Shown here in pieces: positions 38,370 to 48,880 of a stretch of 64,000 nt of DNA (positions are counted from its first letter, which is position 1; each line of letters opens with the position of its first letter). The stretch comes from a bacterium. Lineage in GTDB: Bacteria > Patescibacteriota > Microgenomatia > Levybacterales > UBA12049. The DNA lies in the NCBI GenBank assembly GCA_021777565.1, contig JAJYDJ010000001.1, positions 160,142-224,141 of the forward strand. The letters are read 5' to 3'. A program made the translations under genes and the position numbers. Under the pieces are notes generated by a model. It was not told the origin of the DNA. It saw only the letters and a list, made by a program, of their open reading frames with translations, and did not search any database.

Positions 38370-39443
38370 ATGGGATACGCACTGAAAGACAAACAAGCAT
38401 TTTTGAAGGAATGGGAGGAGCTTCTTGTATCTGCACAGGATATTCTTATTACGACTCATATTCGTGAAGATGATGACGCTATTGGATCTTTGCTCTCACT
38501 GTATTCACACCTCACACGCACTTACCCAACAAAGAAAGTCAAAATGGCCGTTTCATATGCTACCAAGCCTCGATGGAATCAATTTAAGAATTTTGATCTT
38601 ATTCAGTTTGATAAAGATATTGCAGATGAAATAGATCAGCATGACCTACTTATTATTGTTGATACTGCAAATTATGACCGCGTCTCCTATAAACCAGATA
38701 TCCTTGCAGCAAGTCACATCAAAAAGATGTGTATTGATAACCATGAATCAACCGAGCGTGATGCTTTTGACGCGATGTGTATTGATCTGGATACGGTATC
38801 GGTTTCAGAAATGGTCTATGAACTTTTTTATGAACAAGCAGCGCATATTCTCAGGGATGATGCGGAAGCCATGATGCTTGGCATTTTGGGTGATAGTATA
38901 TGGTTTACGCTAAACTTAGCACCCAAGAAAGTAAAAGTGTTCACTATTGTGGAGAGGCTTTTACGAGAAGGACAAATTGACCTGGAGACATTTAAAGAAA
39001 AATTTTGGCTTGAACCCTCTCAGACATTTCTTATCATGCAAAACGCGATGAGCCATGCAACATTCTATGAAATACCTGGATGGCCAAAGTTCTTGTGTAG
39101 TTATATTGATCGCGAGTTTGTTGAGAAACACAAATTTTCTGATGCGGATCTATCAGTAGGGATGAGTGCCTACACGGCTGACTTTAATAAAACACTCAGT
39201 GATGTCCCATGGGGAATTAGTCTGTATCCACAGAAGGATGGAAGTATCAAGGCATCACTGCGGTCTCGTCCTGGCAGCGTAAACGTTCGCGTCATTGCAG
39301 AAACAATGGGGCTAGGGAAAGGACACGATGGAGCAAGCGGCATGGTGTTCCCAAGTAATGGGGAAACACTTCAACCAGCAGAGGCAGTAGAGGAATTTTT
39401 GGAATTTCTAAAAACACATACACCAGTAAAGTACGAACACTAG
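38370..39443 (+). CDS. DHH/DHHA1 phosphoesterase, NrnA-like oligoribonuclease/pAp phosphatase
   Basis: DDDAIGS, DTANYDR, DHHA1 GKGHDGASG (GGGH-like) motifs; start at MGYALKD. Confidence 0.65.
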   Translation: MGYALKDKQAFLKEWEELLVSAQDILITTHIREDDDAIGSLLSLYSHLTRTYPTKKVKMAVSYATKPRWNQFKNFDLIQFDKDIADEIDQHDLLIIVDTANYDRVSYKPDILAASHIKKMCIDNHESTERDAFDAMCIDLDTVSVSEMVYELFYEQAAHILRDDAEAMMLGILGDSIWFTLNLAPKKVKVFTIVERLLREGQIDLETFKEKFWLEPSQTFLIMQNAMSHATFYEIPGWPKFLCSYIDREFVEKHKFSDADLSVGMSAYTADFNKTLSDVPWGISLYPQKDGSIKASLRSRPGSVNVRVIAETMGLGKGHDGASGMVFPSNGETLQPAEAVEEFLEFLKTHTPVKYEH

Positions 39444-39458
39444 TCTAGAATAAAAAAT

Positions 39459-40004
39459 ATGCCTGCTGCGACACATACAAATCGACCATACCAAATTATT
39501 CCCTATGATCCTCATTGGGCAGAAAAGTTTCAGACGCATGCAGCAACACTCCACAAAATTTTTGGAGATACGGTGGTCATGCTTGAGCATATCGGAAGCA
39601 CCGCAATCCCTGGCATGTGGGCAAAACCTCAAATAGACATTGTCATGACAGTAAAAGAATTTGAGAATGTCCCAACGTACTATGAAGCGATGCAACACGC
39701 AGGGTATACACCACGTGGAGATTGGACAGGCCAAATGGGAGAAGAGTATTTCACCTATGACACATCAGATGGCATTCGTGAAGCAAGTATCCATGTGTTG
39801 CCAATTGGCCATAAGTGGGCAACTCAGTTGGTCGATTTTAGGGATTACTTATTGACCCATCCTGACGACCTCAGACGGTATGCAGATATGAAAAAAGAGC
39901 TTCATCAGAAGCATCCCTCGGATTACACCAGTTACTATAAGGGTAAGGTAGAACTAGTAGAAGAGCTTTTGGATAAAGCTGCTGCATGGCGTCATCGCTC
40001 ATAG
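39459..40004 (+). CDS. GrpB-family protein (nucleotidyltransferase-like fold)
   Basis: HIGSTAIPGMWAKPQIDIV signature of GrpB/UPF0157. Confidence 0.6.
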   Translation: MPAATHTNRPYQIIPYDPHWAEKFQTHAATLHKIFGDTVVMLEHIGSTAIPGMWAKPQIDIVMTVKEFENVPTYYEAMQHAGYTPRGDWTGQMGEEYFTYDTSDGIREASIHVLPIGHKWATQLVDFRDYLLTHPDDLRRYADMKKELHQKHPSDYTSYYKGKVELVEELLDKAAAWRHRS

Positions 40005-40016
40005 CTTTATAGTTAC

Positions 40017-41438
40017 ATGAAAATGGCTTATACTACACGTATGCTCAAGTTGTATAACACCCTCTCCAGAAGTGTTGAAGAATTCAAACCCCTCAAGGAT
40101 GATCAAGTTTCTTTGTATGCCTGTGGGATGACCGTCTATGACAATGCCCATATTGGCCATGCCAAAAAATATATTGGTGATGATATTCTGGTGCGCGTAC
40201 TGCGTTGGGACGGCTACGAAGTGACGCATGCGATGAATGTTACTGATGTCGGACATCTGGTGAGTGATGAGGATACGGGCGAGGATAAGATGGAAAAAGG
40301 CGCCCGAAAATATGACATGTCTGTGTGGGATGTGGCACACAAATTCGAGGGACAATTTTGGGACAGCATGGACGCTGTTGGTAATGACAGGCCAGATGTA
40401 CTCATGCATGCGACGGATTACATACCAGAACAGATTGCTCTCATTCAGACGCTTGAGAAGAAAGGCTATACCTACCAGATAGAAGATGGTATTTATTTTG
40501 ACACCTCAAAATTCCCACACTATTTTGATTTGTCACGACAAGACCCTGAAAAATTGAAAGCTGGAGCACGCGTAGAATTTGTAGAAGGCAAGAAAAATGT
40601 CAGTGATTTTGCACTCTGGAAATTCTCACCAAAGACTGAAAAACGCGAGATGGAATGGGAGAGCCCATGGGGAGTCGGATTCCCGGGTTGGCATATCGAA
40701 TGTAGTGCCATGAGTATGGATGCATTTGGGCCGAGACTGGATATTCATACCGGTGGGATAGATCATATCGCCATTCACCATACAGATGAAATTGCACAAA
40801 GTGAGGCGGCGACAGGGGAAAAGTTTGTAAATTATTGGGTGCATCATAATTTTCTTCTTGTAGATGGACAGAAAATGAGCAAAAGTCTAGGGAATGTGTA
40901 TTCAGTACAAGATGTTATTGCAAAAGGATTTGATCCACTCTCTCTTCGGTATCTCTTTCTAACTGGTCATTATCGTCAGGAGATGAATTTTACCTGGGAA
41001 TCCCTTGAGGCTGCACAGACAGCGTATAAAAAACTGATTGCCCATGTTAGATCACTGCAACAGGAGCCAACCGAGGCAGTCAGTGCCGAGAAAGAAGAAT
41101 CGTATGAACAGCAATTTATAGACAGTGTGAATGATGATCTGAACACCGCAAAAGCAATTGCCACTATGTGGGATATGCTCAAAAGTGATCTGCCAGCAGG
41201 GGAGAAGATAACGGCATTATCGATGATGGACTCCATTCTCGGGCTACAGATATTTAAAAAAGCAGAAGAACATGAAGAAGTACTGATTCCACAAGAAGTA
41301 CTTGATCTTCTGCAGGAGAGGGAAGCATTTAGAAAAGCAGGGGATTTCACTGCCTCAGATGAAATGAGGGCGAAAATTAGCGATCTGGGATTTGATGTTA
41401 TTGACAGCAAGACCGGATCACAGCTAAAAAAGAAATAG
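40017..41438 (+). CDS. cysS: cysteinyl-tRNA synthetase
   Basis: HIGH (NAHIGHAK), Zn ligands, KMSKS (KMSKSLGN). Confidence 0.95.
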   Translation: MKMAYTTRMLKLYNTLSRSVEEFKPLKDDQVSLYACGMTVYDNAHIGHAKKYIGDDILVRVLRWDGYEVTHAMNVTDVGHLVSDEDTGEDKMEKGARKYDMSVWDVAHKFEGQFWDSMDAVGNDRPDVLMHATDYIPEQIALIQTLEKKGYTYQIEDGIYFDTSKFPHYFDLSRQDPEKLKAGARVEFVEGKKNVSDFALWKFSPKTEKREMEWESPWGVGFPGWHIECSAMSMDAFGPRLDIHTGGIDHIAIHHTDEIAQSEAATGEKFVNYWVHHNFLLVDGQKMSKSLGNVYSVQDVIAKGFDPLSLRYLFLTGHYRQEMNFTWESLEAAQTAYKKLIAHVRSLQQEPTEAVSAEKEESYEQQFIDSVNDDLNTAKAIATMWDMLKSDLPAGEKITALSMMDSILGLQIFKKAEEHEEVLIPQEVLDLLQEREAFRKAGDFTASDEMRAKISDLGFDVIDSKTGSQLKKK

Positions 41439-41439
41439 T

Positions 41440-41775
41440 ATGCCAGATATTCAACTGCCCACCATGTGCCCCAAGTGTGGAGGAGTCATCACCCCCGGAG
41501 ATATTTTCTGTAGTCATTGTGGATATGCGCTCGTTGCGCAACCTATTCATATCGGACAACAAATCAATATCATTTTGATAAGTTTGTTATTGCCACCATT
41601 TGGCCTCGTGTACTTTTTTAAATATTTCAAGTCAGAAAATAGCTCAAATAAAAGAATTGGGTATATCGCTGGCGTACTCACTATTGTCTCAACGATTTTT
41701 GTTACCTGGACGACAATTGGAGTTTGGCAGGGGATCCAGCAAACATTTTCTCAATATCCAAGCTTGAGCTATTAG
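41440..41775 (+). CDS. zinc-ribbon membrane protein
   Basis: CPKCGG...CSHCG double CxxC followed by two TM helices. Confidence 0.45.
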   Translation: MPDIQLPTMCPKCGGVITPGDIFCSHCGYALVAQPIHIGQQINIILISLLLPPFGLVYFFKYFKSENSSNKRIGYIAGVLTIVSTIFVTWTTIGVWQGIQQTFSQYPSLSY

Positions 41776-42125
41776 CGCATCCCGATGAAGTCGATATGTG
41801 GGAAGTCTTTCCTGATGTATCCCCAGAACGTCTCAGCTGTTTTATTGGAATATTTACCGTAGCGACTGGTCTCAGAGTAGCCACAAAGAATATTTTCAAA
41901 ACGCCTGATCAAATTCAGGACATCCTCACCAGTCTCGTCTAATTCTTTTTGTCCTGCGTGAGTTTTAGGATCATAGGCATCATGTGCCACCCGAAACGCT
42001 TCAAAAACTGCTTTATTTCTATCAATCATATCCTGGTAGTATTCCTGTGACTTGGTCATGTATTGCCAGTATACGAAAGGAAATATCATCTGGTAAAGAG
42101 CACAATACATATCAAACCTTGACAA
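41772..42125 (-). CDS. hypothetical protein
   Basis: 117-aa ORF convergent with the upstream gene, 4-nt overlap; no motif recognised. Confidence 0.3.
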   Translation of the reverse strand: MSRFDMYCALYQMIFPFVYWQYMTKSQEYYQDMIDRNKAVFEAFRVAHDAYDPKTHAGQKELDETGEDVLNLIRRFENILCGYSETSRYGKYSNKTAETFWGYIRKDFPHIDFIGMR

Positions 42126-42153
42126 CTTTTTCTCAGGTTGTCACTATAGAGAT

Positions 42154-42621
42154 ATGCCAAAGAAGACTGCCCGTCCTTCTAACTCTGATACGTTTCACAA
42201 ACGCTTCATGACTGTGACCCCACTATCCAAGTGCATTGCGTTGTTTTTCTTTATTTTGCTTCCTATTTTTGCCTTCGTGATTGGGGCGAGGTATCAGCGG
42301 GTTCTTGACCAAGTGATGTTGTATCAGACCATTATCCCGACTTCTAATCGAGTAATTACACTTACAGCACTAGATAATGGTATGACAAAATATGCACAGG
42401 TGGGGGACACACTTCAAGTAACACCAGATGGTGCGATGAAGGCGTCTCTTATGAGTTCTGATGAACATGTGGTAAAACCTGATGCTACGCAGTCTGGTCT
42501 ATTTAAAGCACTTAAACCTGGAGAAGTGACTCTGTCTGGGACACTCGCACCAATTTGTCGTAGAACTATGCCGTGTCCACAACTGATCATCCGCTATAGT
42601 GTCGATATCGTCGTCAAATAA
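42154..42621 (+). CDS. membrane-anchored hypothetical protein
   Basis: N-terminal TM helix CIALFFFILLPIFAFVIG followed by a soluble beta-rich domain. Confidence 0.4.
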   Translation: MPKKTARPSNSDTFHKRFMTVTPLSKCIALFFFILLPIFAFVIGARYQRVLDQVMLYQTIIPTSNRVITLTALDNGMTKYAQVGDTLQVTPDGAMKASLMSSDEHVVKPDATQSGLFKALKPGEVTLSGTLAPICRRTMPCPQLIIRYSVDIVVK

Positions 42622-42655
42622 GGATCTTCACGAAAGAAAGGAGGTGTATATCAAT

Positions 42656-42907
42656 ATGGCAACTAAGAAAAAAGCAGTGGCAAAGAAAAAAACAGTAGTA
42701 AAAGCAACCGCAAAAAAGACGGTTAAAAAAGCTGTGAGAAAAGTAGCAAGTGCTGCAGTAGCAGAAAAGAAAATGGTTAAGAAAGTAGCACGCGTCGCAG
42801 TCAAAGAGGTGCGTAAGCATCCAAAAGAAACTGTTGGACTCCTCGCAGGTCTTGCAGCACTCGGTGCTGGAATGGCACTCATGCTTGGCATGAAGAAGCG
42901 AAGATAA
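42656..42907 (+). CDS. Lys/Ala-rich histone H1-like basic protein with C-terminal hydrophobic helix
   Basis: MATKKKAVAKKKTVVKATAKKTVKK... then VGLLAGLAALGAGMALMLGM-KKRR; AAGGAGG SD. Confidence 0.5.
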   Translation: MATKKKAVAKKKTVVKATAKKTVKKAVRKVASAAVAEKKMVKKVARVAVKEVRKHPKETVGLLAGLAALGAGMALMLGMKKRR

Positions 42908-42931
42908 ACTATCTTTGCGAACTTATTCGAA

Positions 42932-42968
42932 GGCACATTCTCTGGTCAATTGAGAGTGTGCCTTTTTT
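42932..42968 (+). terminator. rho-independent terminator
   Basis: GGCACATTCTC / GAGAGTGTGCC 11-bp stem, 9-nt loop, then TTTTTT. Confidence 0.7.
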
Positions 42969-43130
42969 GTGAGAGAAGAGGATTAAAGAAGCAGTTCTCT
43001 GTGGACTTTGAGTTTGTTATTTCGAACCAAGAAATAGATGATTTTGTGGATAAAATAAAAGAATGGCAGAGCTTATTTGTACAACGCTCATTAATTTAAC
43101 CGGAAATTCAGTTGGCCTATTGAGGAATTC

Positions 43131-43730
43131 TTATACTATTGATTCTGTCTTAACTTCTCCGTCACGTTTGTAGTAAAGAAAAACTATACCATTTGGGGTA
43201 ACTTTAGATTCAAAGAGTTTGAAGGAAGCAGGGATTGTGCCTTTATCAAATAATCGTTTTCCGTTGCCTAATGTAATAGGAAATATTTTAAGCCAAAATT
43301 CATCCACCAAATCATGCTCCATTAATGTCTGTACAAGATTAGCACTTCCATAAACTTGTAGGTCTGGACCATCTGAGCGTTTTAATTCTTTTAATCCTTC
43401 GACATCACTTAACACTACAGTATTTTCCCATGATGGATTTTTTAAGGTTCTGGAGACTACATATTTTGTGATTTTGTTTACTTGAGGCCAGGGCTCTGTA
43501 TGCTCTGGCCAATATCCTGCAAAGATATCATACGTTTTTCTTCCAAGGAGTAAACCAGCTGTCTCTTTCATCTGTTTTTCCATTTCATGACCAGCAACTT
43601 CATCTTTACCAAAATATGGACCCATCCATCCGCCGTATTTAAAACCTTCGCTAACATCTTCCTGAGAGGCACCTGGCGCCTGCATGACACCATCAAGGGT
43701 AAGGAATTCAACAACAATAATCTTTCTCAT
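43131..43730 (-). CDS. dihydrofolate reductase-family protein (RibD C-terminal domain-like)
   Basis: MRKIIVVEFLTLDGVMQAPG...GRKTYD...VYGSANLVQTL pattern. Confidence 0.75.
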   Translation of the reverse strand: MRKIIVVEFLTLDGVMQAPGASQEDVSEGFKYGGWMGPYFGKDEVAGHEMEKQMKETAGLLLGRKTYDIFAGYWPEHTEPWPQVNKITKYVVSRTLKNPSWENTVVLSDVEGLKELKRSDGPDLQVYGSANLVQTLMEHDLVDEFWLKIFPITLGNGKRLFDKGTIPASFKLFESKVTPNGIVFLYYKRDGEVKTESIV

Positions 43731-43878
43731 GAAACCATCTTAACACAACGACAACTTACTGGAAATATTACTTTTGAGACTAAAATTTACTGAGTACTAG
43801 GGACTCGAACCATTTTAGCTTCAAAAATTGCGGTGAAGAAGGGAGATTACAAAAAATTAGCCTCAAAAATGGAGTTTG

Positions 43879-43961
43879 TGGGCAAGGAGGGACTCGAACC
43901 CTCAAGGCCTTGCGACCAGTAGTTTTTGAGACTACCGCGTATACCATTCCGCCACTCGCCC
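43879..43961 (-). tRNA. tRNA-Leu(CAA), class II with long variable arm
   Basis: Acceptor GGGCGAG/CTTGCCC, anticodon stem GTAGT/ACTAC, loop CTCAAAA (CAA), 15-nt variable arm, T-arm GAGGG-TTCGAGT-CCCTC, discriminator A. Confidence 0.9.
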
Positions 43962-44013
43962 TAGACTAGCCTCATTATACCTTTTTTGCCTTTTTTCTGC
44001 TATACTTGAGCAT

Positions 44014-44568
44014 ATGTTAGTTGTGTCTGAACTTCGTGCAGGAGCTATTTTTGAAGAGGACGGCGTTCTGTGGCAGGTCCTTTCCTATGAGCACATCAAG
44101 ATGGGTCGTGGCAGTGCCACCATCAAAGTAAAAGTGAAAAATCTTCGTACCGGAACCATCACTGAAAAAGGCTTTGTGAACGGAACCAAAGTAAAAGATG
44201 TGTCTGTCGTGAAAAAGCCACTGCAGTATCTGTACATGGATGATGACAGTGCCTATTTTATGGATAATGAGTCATTTGATCAGCTCGCAGTCCCACTTCG
44301 TCTGGTCAGTAATCCATTGTTTCTCAAAGACGGCGAATCCTATTCAATCTCATTTTTGGGGACAGAAGCACTCAGTGTCGAACTCCCTCCAAAAGTTGAA
44401 TTAACCATTGCTGAGACCGCTCCTGGCATCAAAGGGAATTCAGCATCAAATGTGTACAAAGAAGCAGTCATGGAAAATGGATTTAAGACTCGCGTACCAC
44501 TTTTTATTAATATTGGAGACAAAATTCGCATTGATACCAGAACAGGGGATTATACTGAGCGCGCATAA
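44014..44568 (+). CDS. efp: elongation factor P
   Basis: KMGRGSATIKVKVKNLRTG (KOW-like) and three-OB-domain length; preceded by TGCTATACT. Confidence 0.9.
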   Translation: MLVVSELRAGAIFEEDGVLWQVLSYEHIKMGRGSATIKVKVKNLRTGTITEKGFVNGTKVKDVSVVKKPLQYLYMDDDSAYFMDNESFDQLAVPLRLVSNPLFLKDGESYSISFLGTEALSVELPPKVELTIAETAPGIKGNSASNVYKEAVMENGFKTRVPLFINIGDKIRIDTRTGDYTERA

Positions 44569-44612
44569 CCCTTTTCTTCTCTGAATTTCTGCTATACTAA
44601 GTACACTAACGT

Positions 44613-45851
44613 ATGACACGCCTTTTTTCAGCCTTGAGAAATCGTGCATTCCTTTTCCTCTGGCTCGCAGAGTTACTTTCTCAAGTCGCAATGAACATGA
44701 TGAACTTTGTGCTCATCTTGTTCGCTTTTCATATCACTTCATCAAATACAGCAGTCTCTGGTATCGTGCTTGCCTTTACGATCCCTGCGCTCCTTTTCGG
44801 AATCTTGGCAGGTGTCTATGTGGACTGGTGGGATAAAAGAACTGTTCTTATTGCGACAAACGTCTTGAGAGGCATTATTCTTTTCTTTTTGATTTTCTTT
44901 CAAAGTAATCTTGTTGTCTTGTACGTCATCACGTTCTTAATTTCTATCATTACGCAATTTTTCATACCTGCCGAGACACCGATGATTCCACTGATCGTTT
45001 CGGAGTCAGAACTTTTTTCTGCGAATGCACTGTTTAGTATGGCGTGGTTCGGGTCAGTGTTTATCGCATATGGTCTCTCTGGCCCAATGTTGCTTCTTTT
45101 TGGGAGGACGAACGCGCTGTCGGCATTGGTGATTTGTTTTTTCCTTGCAGGTGCCGCTGCAATTCTTATTAAAGTGCGAGATACGGGCAAGACTGTTAAG
45201 AAGGAGAGACTTCATATTTGGAAGGAAATTATTAATGCCTTTACTGTGATTTTCAAAAATACTGATGTGGCGCACGCATTTTTACTTCTGGCACTGACTC
45301 AAGTGTTAACACTGATCGTGTCGGTGCTGGGTCCGGGGTTTGCCAAAGATGTCCTACGTATTCCCATTGATGCATTCCCACTCGTATTTATCACGCCGGC
45401 CATCGTTGGCATGGTCATAGGCTCAGCCTTGGTTACCAGTGTATTTTATCGATTTAATCGTCATAAGAGCTCAACCTTGGGGCTTATGTTGGCTGCAGTA
45501 ACGGTTCTCACCATGGCATTTGGTCGTGAAATCGCGTGGTATCTGCACCACACCATGCTCCATGGTACTCCCGAGAAGACAGTACTTTTGACACTTATGA
45601 TTGGCGTTGCGGTGCTGCTGGGATTTGCGAACTCATTTATGTTCGTCCCATCTAACACTCTCGTGCAAGAGCAGACCTCTGATGAACTGCGTGGTAAAAT
45701 CTATGGGACACTCAGTAGTGTGGTAGCATTGTTGTCATTCCTGCCGGTTATTGTCGTTGGACCCTTGGCAGATATTTTTGGGGTTGAGCGAGTCCTGATG
45801 GGAGTTGGAGTTGGTATCGCTGCTATCGGAATTGCTCGATTAAAACTATGA
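44613..45851 (+). CDS. MFS transporter
   Basis: About 12 TM helices, GxLaDrxGrr-like loop (VYVDWWDKRTV), two-fold repeat. Confidence 0.75.
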   Translation: MTRLFSALRNRAFLFLWLAELLSQVAMNMMNFVLILFAFHITSSNTAVSGIVLAFTIPALLFGILAGVYVDWWDKRTVLIATNVLRGIILFFLIFFQSNLVVLYVITFLISIITQFFIPAETPMIPLIVSESELFSANALFSMAWFGSVFIAYGLSGPMLLLFGRTNALSALVICFFLAGAAAILIKVRDTGKTVKKERLHIWKEIINAFTVIFKNTDVAHAFLLLALTQVLTLIVSVLGPGFAKDVLRIPIDAFPLVFITPAIVGMVIGSALVTSVFYRFNRHKSSTLGLMLAAVTVLTMAFGREIAWYLHHTMLHGTPEKTVLLTLMIGVAVLLGFANSFMFVPSNTLVQEQTSDELRGKIYGTLSSVVALLSFLPVIVVGPLADIFGVERVLMGVGVGIAAIGIARLKL

Positions 45852-46525
45852 CCGTTCTCTCATACATCATTGGCATTATCGTTTTTCTCTATTCTATTTT
45901 TGTCCTGTCCAGGGATGATTATTTGCTGATTCGTAAAAATGTCTCTCAAGAGACAATGTTTTCTCTCAGTCTATTTTGTATTCTTACCAGCCTTTTTATC
46001 GCACGTGTTGTCTTTGCACTAGAGCGTCATCATGTAGCATATCTTAACCCACTGGTGTTTTTTGCACTGCAATATTTCCCTGGACTCTCATTGACTGGTG
46101 GCATGTTGGGATTTTTAGGAGGCTTTTTTATCTTTGCCAAACGCCAAAAGCTGCCATTTGCTCGTATCGTTGATATTCTTTCACTTGCGGCATTGTATAG
46201 CTTCTCCAGTGGACTATTAGTCCATTTCTTGGGTGAACTGATCATTACTCATCATCCTCAGTGGGATATTTTAGTCAAAAGTATCGCCATGTGTGGCACA
46301 TGGGGTCTGCTTTTGTGGTTCTGGAATAAGAAAAATCTGCATGCTGGCAGTGTTGGAATATTAGCAATCGCCACCACCAGTGCGATATTTGCTATCAGCG
46401 CTATTGTTCTTATGGTCTTAACACATGGGAAACTCTCAATAGATGCTATGTCACTTATCGTTCTTTTTGTGATAAGTTTTGTCTGTTTTCTTTTGAGAAA
46501 GAGATTATTTTTTACCCATGATTGA
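45848..46525 (+). CDS. polytopic membrane protein, possibly Lgt-like
   Basis: FPGLSLTGGMLGFLGGFF resembles the Lgt G-rich signature; only 225 aa, so tentative. Confidence 0.35.
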   Translation: MTVLSYIIGIIVFLYSIFVLSRDDYLLIRKNVSQETMFSLSLFCILTSLFIARVVFALERHHVAYLNPLVFFALQYFPGLSLTGGMLGFLGGFFIFAKRQKLPFARIVDILSLAALYSFSSGLLVHFLGELIITHHPQWDILVKSIAMCGTWGLLLWFWNKKNLHAGSVGILAIATTSAIFAISAIVLMVLTHGKLSIDAMSLIVLFVISFVCFLLRKRLFFTHD

Positions 46526-47279
46526 GCCAACTATTCTTTTTGAGGACGATGCTATCGTTGTTGTTTCCAAACCTTTTGGTATGACGGTCAATGCTGCCGA
46601 TAGTGCTAAAGGGGAACTAACGCTGCAAGAGTGGGCAGAAGAGAAATATCATTTTAGCAGGACAACATGGGAACCATTGATGGTAGATGGATATAACGTC
46701 ACTGATGAATTTCTCAGTCGTGGCGGGGTAGTTCACCGGTTGGATAAAGAAACCTCTGGGGTGCTTGTCCTGGCTAAAAATCCAGAGTCATTTGCCAAAC
46801 TCAAGCATCAATTTCTTACCAGAACCACGCGTAAAACCTATCTTGCACTTGCTCACGGCAAGATCGCTCCTGAAAAGGGCCTTATTGATGCCCCGACTGG
46901 GAGATTGCCTTATAACCGTATGCGTTTTGGTGTGATTGCTGGTGGGAGAGAAGCCCAGACAGAGTATGACGTTCTTGCAATTTACACACTCAAAGTGCAC
47001 AAAGAGACAGAGACACTCTCTCTCGTGCAGTTGCATCCACTGACCGGCAGGACACATCAGATTCGTGTTCATTTAAAACATCTTGGACACCCGATATTTG
47101 CAGACGAATTATATGCTGGTCGCAAAACTGCCAGAGATGACAGGCAATTGTTACCACGACTTTTCTTGCATGCACAGCAACTTGAGTTTGTCCATCCTAC
47201 GACAGGGGAGCAGATGACGATAAAAGCACCGCTTCCTGAGGAGTTACAACACTTCCTCGATTCTTTACAAAAAGTCTAA
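46518..47279 (+). CDS. RluA-family pseudouridine synthase
   Basis: VVHRLDKETSGVLVLAKN catalytic Asp motif; no S4 domain. Confidence 0.85.
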   Translation: MIEPTILFEDDAIVVVSKPFGMTVNAADSAKGELTLQEWAEEKYHFSRTTWEPLMVDGYNVTDEFLSRGGVVHRLDKETSGVLVLAKNPESFAKLKHQFLTRTTRKTYLALAHGKIAPEKGLIDAPTGRLPYNRMRFGVIAGGREAQTEYDVLAIYTLKVHKETETLSLVQLHPLTGRTHQIRVHLKHLGHPIFADELYAGRKTARDDRQLLPRLFLHAQQLEFVHPTTGEQMTIKAPLPEELQHFLDSLQKV

Positions 47280-47291
47280 ATTTGCCGATGC

Positions 47292-47321
47292 TTGCCAGAA
47301 AGGCTTTTATTCCGGTAAAAT
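47292..47321 (+). promoter_or_regulatory. sigma70-type promoter for the atp operon
   Basis: TTGCCA, 18-nt spacer, TAAAAT, about 10 nt upstream of the atpB ATG. Confidence 0.45.
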
Positions 47322-47331
47322 ACAGTTGATC

Positions 47332-48289
<958 letters not shown>

Positions 48290-48297
48290 AGCAGATG

Positions 48298-48317
48298 CGA
48301 AAGGATTTTTCCTTTCG
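48298..48317 (+). other. intercistronic hairpin between atpE and atpF (no U-tract)
   Basis: CGAAAGGA-TTTT-TCCTTTCG 8-bp stem immediately after the atpE stop. Confidence 0.35.
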
Positions 48318-48370
48318 TCGTCGCGAGCAGTCTTACCTCTAAAGACTTCTGGCTACGTCGAAAGTGACGG

Positions 48371-48880
48371 ATGTATATGGATATTTTAAATAACTTTGGA
48401 TTTGAACCAGTATTATTTGCTGCACAAGTAGTGAACTTTTTGGTCATATTATTTTTGCTGCAAAAATTTGCATTAAAACCGATTCTTAAGTTACTAGACG
48501 ATCGAAAACAGACGATAGCTGAAGGGTTTAAGAATGCTGAAACAGCACAAAAAGCACTCACACAAGCAGTCGAGGAAGAAAAGAAAATTATTCGAAGTGC
48601 CCAGCAGACTTCAGAGCAACTCATTGATACTGCAAAAAAGCAAGCAAAAGAAATTGTGACACTTGCACGCCAAGAAGCGAAAGAACAAGTTGAAGAAATT
48701 ATTGAATCAGCACGCGCTGAAATGGCACAAGAGCAGAAGAAACTTGAGAAGGAATTGGCTGTTTCTGTTGCCAGAACTGCCGTAAATATGGTAGAAAAAG
48801 CATTAGTAGGTCTTGTTGATCAGAAGGATCAACAAAAAGTTGTTGAGAAATTTACTGAGAAATTAAAGAAACAAGTATGA
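48371..48880 (+). CDS. atpF: F0F1 ATP synthase subunit b
   Basis: N-terminal TM helix then a long charged coiled coil. Confidence 0.85.
   Translation: MYMDILNNFGFEPVLFAAQVVNFLVILFLLQKFALKPILKLLDDRKQTIAEGFKNAETAQKALTQAVEEEKKIIRSAQQTSEQLIDTAKKQAKEIVTLARQEAKEQVEEIIESARAEMAQEQKKLEKELAVSVARTAVNMVEKALVGLVDQKDQQKVVEKFTEKLKKQV

Noticed and set aside
43795-43816. tRNA-like fragment GGTTCGAGTCCCT downstream of tRNA-Leu, a possible att-site duplication or second tRNA
   Set aside because: Only a 13-nt T-loop-like match. Flanks cannot be folded into acceptor, D or anticodon arms. No integrase or foreign DNA adjacent.
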